A DNA stretch of 64,000 bases from Thermodesulfobacteriota bacterium (GTDB taxonomy: Bacteria; Desulfobacterota; Desulfobacteria; Desulfobacterales; SURF-7), in assembly GCA_049320885.1 (NCBI GenBank), contig JBMORA010000048.1, positions 11,396 to 75,395 of the forward strand, given 5' to 3'. Shown here piece by piece: positions 51,228 through 59,681 of this stretch (positions within the stretch are counted from its first letter, which is position 1; every line of letters starts with the position of its first letter). The notes under the pieces are model-generated. The model had not been told where the DNA came from. It made no database searches and saw only the letters and a program-made list of their open reading frames with translations. The position numbers and the translations under genes are program-made.

Positions 51228-54200
51228 ATGGCAAATACGGAAATGAAGAAAACCGGCGCGGTGCTGGTGCAGGGCGGCGGAATCGCGGGGGTTCAGGCCT
51301 CCCTCGATCTCGCCAATTCCGGTTTCAAGGTGTATCTCATCGAACGTTCCGCCGCCATCGGCGGCATGATGTCCCATCTGGACAAGACCTTTCCCACCGG
51401 AGATTGCGCCACGTGTATTGTTTCCCCCAAGCTGGTGGAATGCGCCCGGAATTTGAACATCGAAATCCTGACCCACGCGGAACTGGTCGGCATCGAGGGC
51501 GAGCCCGGTCATTTCACCGCCGCCGTGAGGCAGTCTCCGCGGTATGTCCGTGAAACCATCTGCAATGACTGCGGCGACTGCTATTCCGTCTGCCCGGTGG
51601 ATATCCGGGACCGGTTCAATCGGGACCTGGGAACACGCAAGGCCATCGCCAAATACTCCCCCCAGGCCGTGCCGAATATAGCCGGAATTCTCAAGCTGGG
51701 CCATGCGCCCTGTAAAACCGGATGCCCCGCCAATATCAACGTGCAGGGCTATGTCCAGCTGATCAAGAAAAAGGAATACGTCAAGGCCGTCAACCTGATC
51801 CGGGAAAGAAACCCCCTGTCCGCCATCTGCGGCCGGGTCTGCACCCATCCCTGCGAAAGCGCCTGCCGCCGCGGCAAGGTGGATGCGCCGGTGGCCATCC
51901 GGCAGTTGAAACGGTTTGCCTCGGACAAGGAAATGGAACTGCTGGCCGAAGGCAAGATCTCCCTGCCGCCGGAACAATTTCCGGCAGCGGACGCCCCGAA
52001 AATCGCGGTGATCGGCGCCGGCCCTTCCGGCCTCACGGCCGCCCAGGATCTGGCCGATCGCGGCTACGCCGTAACCATCTATGAATCATCGCCTGCGGCC
52101 GGCGGGATGCTGCGCTGGGGCATCCCGGCCTATCGGCTTCCGGTGAACGTGCTGGATCATGAGGTCGAACTGATCCGGCGCAAAGGCGTCGCCTTTGTTT
52201 ACAACTGCAAGATCGGGAAGGACATCACTTTTGATCAACTTCGCCGCGACCATGCCGCGGTCTTTGTCGGCGTCGGCGCCCAGAAAGGCGCCCCCATGAA
52301 TGTCAAGGGCGAAGACCTGGACGGAGTTGTCCAGGGGTTGGATTTCCTGCACCGGTCCGGAACGGAAGCCGACAAGCCGGCGCTTACGGGTCATGTGGTC
52401 GTTGTCGGCGGCGGGGATGTGGCCATGGATGCCGCCTGTTCCGCCAGACGGCTCGGCGCCCGAACCGTCAGCATCCTCTACCGCCGGACGGAAACGGAAT
52501 TGCCGGCCATTCAGGAAGAAATCAACCATGCCCGGGAAGAAGGCGTTCGGTTTGAATTCCTCACGACGCCGGTGGAATTCATCGGCGATGGCCAGGGCCG
52601 GCTGCAAAAAGTCAAATGCATCCGCATGCAACTGGCCGAGCCCGATGAATCCGGAAGGCGCCTGCCGGTTCCCGTGGAAGGCTCCGCGTTTGAGATGGCG
52701 GCCGATACGGTGGTCATCGCCATCGGCAGCCGGCCGGATCCGGCCCTGGCGACCATGGCGCCGGATCTGCCCTTTGACCGCCAGGGTACTATCGTTGCGG
52801 ATGAGCATTGCCTTACGGCCCTGCCGGGTGTTTTTGCCGGCGGGGATATCGTCACCGGCCCGGCCACCGTCATCCAGGCGGTTGCCGCGGGCAAACGCGC
52901 GGCCGAATCCATTGACCGCTATGTCCGCGGGGTGGCTGCCGCGACACCGCGTTTCCAGGACAGTCTGAACCCGGTTCCGGAGGAACTCCTGCCCACCGGC
53001 AAGGGCATCGAGAAAAAAGCCCGCGTCCTGGCAAGGGAACTGCCGGTTGCCCGGCGGATTACCAATTTTGCGGAAATCGAAGCCAGTTTTTCCGAGGAGC
53101 AAGCCATTGCGGAAACGGAACGCTGCCTGAATTGCGCCCTTTGCTCCGAATGCGGCGAATGTGTGGAGGCCTGCGAGAAAAAGGCCATCGACCATGCCAT
53201 GGCGGAGAAAACCATCGAGCTGGCCGTGGGTGCGGTGATTCTGGCCCCCGGTTTTCAGGAGTTCGACGCGGCAACCAAAGGGGAATATGGCTTCGGCCGC
53301 CATGCCAACGTGCTCACCAGTGTGCAGTTCGAGCGCATGCTGTCGGCGGCCGGTCCGTTTCACGGCCATGTGGTGCGCCGTTCCGACGGCCGGGAAGCCA
53401 GGCGCATTGCTTTTATCCAGTGCGTGGGGTCGCGGGACGAAAGCTGCGGCAACGGGTATTGCTCGTCCATCTGCTGCATGGCCGCCACCAAACAGGCCCT
53501 GATCGCCAGCGAGCATGTCGGCGGGCTTACCGCGAAAATCTTTTATATGGATATCCGCGCTTTTGGCAAAGGGTTTGACCAGTATTACGAACGCGCCAGA
53601 AGTCAGGAAGGCATCCAATATATCAAGAGCATGCCCTCCCGGGTGGTGGAGCTGCCCGGCACCAAAGATCTGCTGCTGCGGTATATCAACGAACACCAGG
53701 AAACCATCGAAGAGACCTTCGACCTGGTGGTGTTGTCCGTGGGGCTGGAGCCCAAGAAATCGGTCTCCGGCGCCATGGCGGCCCTGGGCATCGATTTGAA
53801 TGAATACGGCTTCTGCGCCACGAGCCGTCTTTCCCCGCTTTCCACGTCGCGGCCGGGCGTATTCGTGGCCGGCGCCTTCCAGGAGCCCAAGGATATTCCC
53901 GAAACCGTGACCCAGGCCGGCGCCGCGGCCTCCATGGCCATGGAGCTGCTCTCCGGTTCCCGCAATACGCTGGTTGCCAGAAAAGACTACCCGCTGGAGC
54001 ATGACACCACGGATGAGGAGCCGCGCATCGGCGTGTTTGTCTGCCATTGCGGCACCAACATCGCCGCCACCATCGATGTGGAACAGGTAACCCGGGCCGT
54101 AACCCATGACCCCCAGGTGATTCTGGCCACCCATTCCATGTACGCCTGTTCGGACGCCAGCCTGTCTGAAATCAAGGCGGCCATTGCACGGCACCGGCTG

Positions 54201-55697
54201 AACCGCGTCGTGGTGGCCTCGTGCACCCCCAGGACCCACGAACCGCTCTTCCGGGAAACCCTGCGCGAGGCCGGACTGAATCCGTATCTCTTTGACCTGT
54301 CGAATATCCGGGATCAATGTTCCTGGGTGCACTCCGCCGAGCCCGAGGCGGCAACGAAAAAAGCCATCGAACTGGTGCGCATGTCCATTGCCCGGGCGCG
54401 GCTGCTGGCTCCCCTCTCGAATGAGGCCCTGGCCATCAACCAGGACGGCCTGGTAATGGGGGGCGGCCTGAGCGGCATGACCGCCGCGCTCTCCCTGGCG
54501 GACCAGGGGTTCAAGGTGCATCTGGTCGAGCGCGAAGGAGAGCTCGGCGGGCATCTCCGTGAAATCCACGGCACGCTTGAACAGGATGATGTCGCCGCTT
54601 TTCTGGGAGACCTCGTGAAACGGGTGAAGACGCATCCCCGCATTCAGCTCCATCTGCAATCCAGGGTTACCGGGATTGCCGGCCATGTCGGGAAATTCGA
54701 TATCGCGTTTGCAACAAACGAGCAAACGGTTCACGTCCCCTGCGGTGCGGTGGTGGTCGCCACGGGCGCCGACCGGGCGGAGACATCCGAATTTCTCCAC
54801 CGGGAATCCGACCAGGTGATCACCCAGGATGAACTTGAAAAACGACTGCACGACAATACGTTCGACGGCGCCGGCAGGAATATCGTCATGATCCAATGCG
54901 TGGGGTCGCGCAATAAAACCCGACCCTACTGCAGCCGGCTCTGCTGCTCCATGGCCATCAAGAACGCCCTGGCTGTCAAAAGAAAATACCCGGACGCCGC
55001 CGTCTTTGTGCTGTACCGCGATATCCGCACCTATGGATTCCGGGAAAAATTCTACAAGGAAGCCCGACTGGCCGGTGTTGTGTTCATCCGCTACCATGAA
55101 GACCATCCGCCGGCGGTATCCCGGGAGAACGGTCTTCTGGTGACCATCGACAGCCCGGATTTTCCCGAATCCATCGAAATCGAGGCGGACCAGGTTGTCT
55201 TGAGCACCGGCATCACCCCTGCCGAGGACAACCGGCGGATTGCGGATATGCTGAAAGTGCCGCTGAACACCAATGGATTTTACGTGGAAGCGCATTTGAA
55301 ACTGCGGCCGGTGGATTTCGCCAACGAAGGCATCTTCCTGTGCGGCCTGGCCCATTCGCCCAAATTCATGGATGAGAATATCTCCCAGGCACGAGCCGCG
55401 GCGGCCAGGGCCGCCACGGTGCTGTCCAAGACCCATCTCGAACTGGGCGCCCAGGTTTCCCGGGTGGATCAGAACAAGTGCATCTCATGCATGACCTGCG
55501 TGCATTCCTGTCCCTACGGCGCGCCGTTCGTGAACAAGGACCGCAAGGCCGAGATAGCGGCCGCCAAATGCATGGGCTGCGGCATCTGCGCTTCGGAATG
55601 TCCGGCCCGGGCCATCCAGTTGGCTCATTTTGAAGCGAAGCAATTCACGATCATGCTGGATGATCTGTTTCAATGCATGGAAGCCATGGTCAATTAA
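51228..55697 (+). CDS. hdrA: Large HdrA-like flavoprotein with inserted GltD-like NAD(P)H oxidoreductase module (HdrL-type)
   Basis: GGGIAG...LDKTFPTGDCATC; insert APCKTGCP...ICGRVCTHPCESAC...GAGPSG...GGGDVAMD...FAGGD; IQCVGSR...CSSICC; second module RIGVFVCHCG...ASCTPRTHE...IQCVGSR...CSRLCC; C-terminal ferredoxin. Confidence 0.88.
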   Translation: MANTEMKKTGAVLVQGGGIAGVQASLDLANSGFKVYLIERSAAIGGMMSHLDKTFPTGDCATCIVSPKLVECARNLNIEILTHAELVGIEGEPGHFTAAVRQSPRYVRETICNDCGDCYSVCPVDIRDRFNRDLGTRKAIAKYSPQAVPNIAGILKLGHAPCKTGCPANINVQGYVQLIKKKEYVKAVNLIRERNPLSAICGRVCTHPCESACRRGKVDAPVAIRQLKRFASDKEMELLAEGKISLPPEQFPAADAPKIAVIGAGPSGLTAAQDLADRGYAVTIYESSPAAGGMLRWGIPAYRLPVNVLDHEVELIRRKGVAFVYNCKIGKDITFDQLRRDHAAVFVGVGAQKGAPMNVKGEDLDGVVQGLDFLHRSGTEADKPALTGHVVVVGGGDVAMDAACSARRLGARTVSILYRRTETELPAIQEEINHAREEGVRFEFLTTPVEFIGDGQGRLQKVKCIRMQLAEPDESGRRLPVPVEGSAFEMAADTVVIAIGSRPDPALATMAPDLPFDRQGTIVADEHCLTALPGVFAGGDIVTGPATVIQAVAAGKRAAESIDRYVRGVAAATPRFQDSLNPVPEELLPTGKGIEKKARVLARELPVARRITNFAEIEASFSEEQAIAETERCLNCALCSECGECVEACEKKAIDHAMAEKTIELAVGAVILAPGFQEFDAATKGEYGFGRHANVLTSVQFERMLSAAGPFHGHVVRRSDGREARRIAFIQCVGSRDESCGNGYCSSICCMAATKQALIASEHVGGLTAKIFYMDIRAFGKGFDQYYERARSQEGIQYIKSMPSRVVELPGTKDLLLRYINEHQETIEETFDLVVLSVGLEPKKSVSGAMAALGIDLNEYGFCATSRLSPLSTSRPGVFVAGAFQEPKDIPETVTQAGAAASMAMELLSGSRNTLVARKDYPLEHDTTDEEPRIGVFVCHCGTNIAATIDVEQVTRAVTHDPQVILATHSMYACSDASLSEIKAAIARHRLNRVVVASCTPRTHEPLFRETLREAGLNPYLFDLSNIRDQCSWVHSAEPEAATKKAIELVRMSIARARLLAPLSNEALAINQDGLVMGGGLSGMTAALSLADQGFKVHLVEREGELGGHLREIHGTLEQDDVAAFLGDLVKRVKTHPRIQLHLQSRVTGIAGHVGKFDIAFATNEQTVHVPCGAVVVATGADRAETSEFLHRESDQVITQDELEKRLHDNTFDGAGRNIVMIQCVGSRNKTRPYCSRLCCSMAIKNALAVKRKYPDAAVFVLYRDIRTYGFREKFYKEARLAGVVFIRYHEDHPPAVSRENGLLVTIDSPDFPESIEIEADQVVLSTGITPAEDNRRIADMLKVPLNTNGFYVEAHLKLRPVDFANEGIFLCGLAHSPKFMDENISQARAAAARAATVLSKTHLELGAQVSRVDQNKCISCMTCVHSCPYGAPFVNKDRKAEIAAAKCMGCGICASECPARAIQLAHFEAKQFTIMLDDLFQCMEAMVN

Positions 55698-55744
55698 CGG
55701 GTCGAACATGATGATTGCGAAATTTACGTCGAATTAAAGAGAAA

Positions 55745-56197
55745 ATGATGAACACCAACAATTTTGAACCCAAGATCGTCGCCTTCTGCTGCCATTATTG
55801 AGCGTATTCATCCGCGGACCTGTCAGGTTCCATGCGACTTCAGTACCCAACCAATATCCGCATCATCCGCACGCCCTGCACCGGCAAGCTGGAGGTCGAA
55901 TACTTTCTGCGGGCCTTTGAAAACGGCGCCGACGCCGTGCTGGTGGCCGGATGCGAGGAAGGCAGCTGCCATTTCAGCGAAGGCAACCTTATGGCGAAGC
56001 GCCGGGTGAACCATACCCGACGACTTCTGTCGGAAGCCGGGTTTGACCAGGAGCGGCTGCGCATGGTCAATATCGGCGCAGCAGACGCCACCATTTTTGT
56101 CGGGATGGTCAAGGACATGATCGAATCCGTCCGCGCCCTCGGCCCCAATCCCATACGCCGCACCAAGCCATCACCGAAACAGGAGATCCATCCATGA
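55745..56197 (+). CDS. mvhD: MvhD [2Fe-2S] subunit, selenocysteine-containing
   Basis: Reading through TGA at 55799-55801 gives MMNTNNFEPKIVAFCCHYUAYSSADLSGSMRLQYPTNIRIIRTPCTGK...GADAVLVAGCEEGSCHF; ORF track only shows the part after the TGA. Confidence 0.88.
55802..55836 (+). promoter_or_regulatory. Putative bacterial SECIS element
   Basis: Lower stem CGTAT(55803-07)/ATGCG(55832-36); upper stem GGACCT/AGGTTC with loop GTC whose G lies 21 nt after the UGA. Confidence 0.6.
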
Positions 56198-56862
56198 TCG
56201 TAGCGGAAAGAAAAAGCATTCCCGAACTTGTCGACATCCTGAAAGGCCATCATAAAATCCTGGTGCTGGGCTGCGGCACCTGCGTTACGGTTTGTCTTGC
56301 CGGCGGCGAACGGGAAGTCAGCATCATTTCCTCGACCCTGCGCATCGCCTCGAATCTCGGGAATCACGGTTTCGAGATTTCAGAACTCACCATCGAGCGC
56401 CAGTGCGACAATGTATTTATCGAGGCCGCCGCGGACGTCATTGCCGAATGCGATGCCGTTCTCTCGCTGGGTTGCGGCGCCGGGGTTCAGGCCATCGCGG
56501 AACGGTATCGTGAAAAGCCCGTCTACGCCGGCCTCAACACGGCTTTTATCGGCATTCTGGAAGAAAGAGGTCTCTGGACCGAGAAATGCGCCGCCTGCGG
56601 GTCCTGCGTATTGCACCAGTACGGCGGCATCTGCCCGATCACGCGCTGCGCCAAGCATATGCTGAACGGACCCTGCGGCGGTTCCCGGGAGGATCGTTGC
56701 GAGGTCCGGCCGGACCGGCCCTGCGGCTGGCAGCTGATCTACCGGCGGTTGAAAGGCATCGGACAGCTCGACCGGCTGAAAACCATCGCGCCGCCCAAGA
56801 ACTGGGAGCCGAGCCTGGACGGCGGATGCCGGGTAATCGTCCGGGAGGACCATCGAATTTGA
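56194..56862 (+). CDS. metV: Methylenetetrahydrofolate reductase small subunit MetV (Cys-rich)
   Basis: GCGTCVTVCLAGG, ERQCD, GCGAGVQ, CAACGSC...GICPITRCAKHMLNGPCGG...CEV...CGW. Confidence 0.88.
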   Translation: MIVAERKSIPELVDILKGHHKILVLGCGTCVTVCLAGGEREVSIISSTLRIASNLGNHGFEISELTIERQCDNVFIEAAADVIAECDAVLSLGCGAGVQAIAERYREKPVYAGLNTAFIGILEERGLWTEKCAACGSCVLHQYGGICPITRCAKHMLNGPCGGSREDRCEVRPDRPCGWQLIYRRLKGIGQLDRLKTIAPPKNWEPSLDGGCRVIVREDHRI

Positions 56863-56894
56863 CAACGGTATGCACCAACGCCGAGGCGGATGTG

Positions 56895-57293
56895 ATGAAC
56901 CATGATCCATTGAAAATATATGTATTTTACTGCGCCAACAGCCTGGATGCCCGGGCTTTGAGACAAGGCGGCGGCGCCATGCGGCAGGAAGAAGTGAAGA
57001 CCATCAGCCTGCCGTGTTCCGGAAAGGTGAACCTGCTCTATCTGCTGAAGGCCTTTGAAAAAGGCGCCGACGGCGTACTGCTGGTAACCTGCAAACCGGG
57101 TGATTGCCAGTTCCTGGAAGGCAACCTGCGCGCGCGGAAACGTTCCGAGGCAGTGGACGCCATGCTTGCCGAAATAGGTTTCGGCAAAGGCCGGATGCGG
57201 ATCGTCCATCCGGACGGCCTGGATGATATAACTCGGATAATGGCTGAAATCGACAGTCTCAGCCGATTCATACGGGATTCGTCAGTTCGGTAA
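56895..57293 (+). CDS. Second MvhD-like [2Fe-2S] protein
   Basis: VFYCANS, LPCSGKV, AFEKGADGVLLVTCKPGDCQFLEGN. Confidence 0.82.
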   Translation: MNHDPLKIYVFYCANSLDARALRQGGGAMRQEEVKTISLPCSGKVNLLYLLKAFEKGADGVLLVTCKPGDCQFLEGNLRARKRSEAVDAMLAEIGFGKGRMRIVHPDGLDDITRIMAEIDSLSRFIRDSSVR

Positions 57294-57332
57294 TTCCCGA
57301 ATTGCGCTTTAGCCCTGGTGGGAGAGGATGAA

Positions 57333-58238
57333 ATGCGATCAGAGAGTACCCTTGCAAACAAGATAAAAGCCGGAGAATTCATCGTTACGGCCGAGTTGCT
57401 GCCCCGGGCCAGCGCGGACGGCAAAACCGTGGAGGAGTCGACCGGTTTTTTCGACAGCCGGCTGACGGCGGTGAATGTGGCGGACAATCCCCATGGACCG
57501 GTCATGTCGAGCCTTGCGGCATCCGTGATCCTGAGCCGGGCCGGCCGGGAGCCGATCTATCAGGTGGTCACCCGGGACCGCAACCGCATCGCCTTGCAGT
57601 CCGATCTGTTGGGGGCGGCCGCGCTGGGCATTCGCAATATTCTATGTCTTTCGGGCCATCATCAGGCCCTGACGGACAGCCGTGAATCCGCCAACGTCTA
57701 TGATATCGACTCGATTCAGCTGGTCGCCGCCGTCCGGAAGATGTGCGCCGACGGCATCCTGCTGGACGGAACCAGGCTCCAGGGCGAATTCAGCGCCCTG
57801 GTGGGCGCCGTGGTCAGTCCCGATATGAAGCCCATGGAACTCAATCTCATCCGCTTGGCCAAAAAGGTGGAAGCCGGGGCCCGGTTCATTCAAACCCAGG
57901 CCGTATTCGACCTGGAACAATTCGATCAATGGCTCTCGGCCGCCCGGGACCTGGGGATCACGCGACAAACCGCCATCCTGGCGGGCGTATTCCCAATTTC
58001 CAGCGCCGAGGAAGCGGAACATCTGCGCGCCAAATATATGGACCTGTCCATTCCAGACAGCGTCATCGCCCGACTGAAAGCCGCGGGGGATGAGGCGGCC
58101 CAGAAAAAGGAAGGCCTTTCGATCTGCGTGGAGACAATCCAAAAAATCAAAACCGCGGACGGCGTAAGAGGAATCCATCTTCTTTCCGGCGGCCGGGAAA
58201 ATCGTGTGCCGGAAATCATGGCCGCGGCCGGATTATAA
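57333..58238 (+). CDS. metF: Methylenetetrahydrofolate reductase MetF
   Basis: FIVTAELLP, AVNVADNP, RDRNRIALQSDLLGA, KKVEAGARFIQTQAVFD, GIHL. Confidence 0.9.
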   Translation: MRSESTLANKIKAGEFIVTAELLPRASADGKTVEESTGFFDSRLTAVNVADNPHGPVMSSLAASVILSRAGREPIYQVVTRDRNRIALQSDLLGAAALGIRNILCLSGHHQALTDSRESANVYDIDSIQLVAAVRKMCADGILLDGTRLQGEFSALVGAVVSPDMKPMELNLIRLAKKVEAGARFIQTQAVFDLEQFDQWLSAARDLGITRQTAILAGVFPISSAEEAEHLRAKYMDLSIPDSVIARLKAAGDEAAQKKEGLSICVETIQKIKTADGVRGIHLLSGGRENRVPEIMAAAGL

Positions 58239-58252
58239 GACAGGAAAAGAAC

Positions 58253-59674
58253 ATGCCGGAAAAATACCATATCAAAACGACCCCGGTTCCACCCCGCCTG
58301 CCGCGGATCGGGAAACACGGCATCGTGGATTGGCGGGAAGATTGCGCCAGATGCCATAACTGTGTCAAAAAGGCCTGCGTCTACGACCGCCACCGGCAGG
58401 AGGCGGAGTATATCCGGAATCTCAAATACGCGGATTTCCTTTTTTTCGAATGCATGGGCTGCTTTTCATGCGTGCAGAACTGCACCAAGGACCTGCTGTG
58501 CCTGACCGTTAATTCCGAATATGAAAAACTGGGCAACGCCTACTGGAAACCGGAAATCATTCATACCACCTGGCAGCAGGCGGAAACTGGGGCGGTGCCG
58601 GTTTCAGGAGCGGGGTACCGGGGAAAATTCGCCGGCCGCGGTTTTGACGCCATGTGGACGGACATGTCGGAAATCGTCCGGCCCACCCGCGACGGCATCC
58701 ATGGCCGCGAATATATCAGCACCTCCGTGGACATCGGCCGGAAACCGTCCTACCTGGAGTTTACGGAAAGTCTGGCCGCCGCCAATCCGCCGGCCATCGT
58801 GGACATCCCCATGCCGCTGATCATCGATATGAATCCCGCCGAGTACACCCTGCCCCGGCTTGAATCCTATATCCTGGAAGCCGTCCGGACCACGGAGCTG
58901 ATCGCCGTCATCGATTCCGCCAAATGGCCCGGCGCCCTGAACGTAGACCAGATGCGGAATGCCGGGCGATATCTGCGGCACATCTCCTTTTATCTGAATC
59001 CGGACGGGCCGGAAATACCGCAAGAGATATTACGTCAAACCAGGATTGTTGAAATACCGGCCGCGGACAACGCTCTTGAGCGCATGCAGGAACTGAAGGC
59101 CGCCCTTCCCGGAATCATCGTATCCATCCGGGTCAACCTGGACGCCGGGGGAGTGGATCGCGCCATCGGCCTGGGCGAAACCGGAGCGGAACTGCTGCAT
59201 GTGGTCGCGGATTTCAACGGCAATGAAATCGGCGTGAAACAGCCCCGTTTCATCAAGGATATGATCCGGGAAATCCATCGGGCCCTCATCCGGGGCGGCA
59301 AGCGGGATGAAGTCACCCTGATCGCCGGCTCCGGTATCGCCCTGCCGGAACATATGGCCAAGGCCCTGCTTTGCGGGGCTGATCTGGTGTCCACCTATCT
59401 GCCGTTGATGATCGCCCTGGAATGCCGTCTCTGCGAGGCGTGCCGACCCGGGCTGGTATGTCCCGCCCGGCTCGAAACCATTGATTTTGCTTACGGCGCC
59501 GGGCGCATGCGCAATCTGATCGCCGCCTGGCACTTGCAGTTGATTGAATTGATGGGCGCCATGGGCATGCGGGAAGCCCGCCGCCTGCGGGGCGATGTCG
59601 GGCGCGCCATGTTTTTTGAGGAGCTGGAGGAGGAGATTTTTGGAACGCTTTTCGGTTCAAGAAAAAGAGCTTAA
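58253..59674 (+). CDS. Ferredoxin-fused glutamate synthase FMN-domain paralog (divergent)
   Basis: CARCHNC...C and CMGCFSCVQNC; LIAGSGI...AKALLCGAD; ALECRLCEAC...VCP; ELMGAMG; lacks GMSFG and QGAKPG motifs. Confidence 0.7.
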   Translation: MPEKYHIKTTPVPPRLPRIGKHGIVDWREDCARCHNCVKKACVYDRHRQEAEYIRNLKYADFLFFECMGCFSCVQNCTKDLLCLTVNSEYEKLGNAYWKPEIIHTTWQQAETGAVPVSGAGYRGKFAGRGFDAMWTDMSEIVRPTRDGIHGREYISTSVDIGRKPSYLEFTESLAAANPPAIVDIPMPLIIDMNPAEYTLPRLESYILEAVRTTELIAVIDSAKWPGALNVDQMRNAGRYLRHISFYLNPDGPEIPQEILRQTRIVEIPAADNALERMQELKAALPGIIVSIRVNLDAGGVDRAIGLGETGAELLHVVADFNGNEIGVKQPRFIKDMIREIHRALIRGGKRDEVTLIAGSGIALPEHMAKALLCGADLVSTYLPLMIALECRLCEACRPGLVCPARLETIDFAYGAGRMRNLIAAWHLQLIELMGAMGMREARRLRGDVGRAMFFEELEEEIFGTLFGSRKRA

Positions 59675-59681
59675 GGATATC

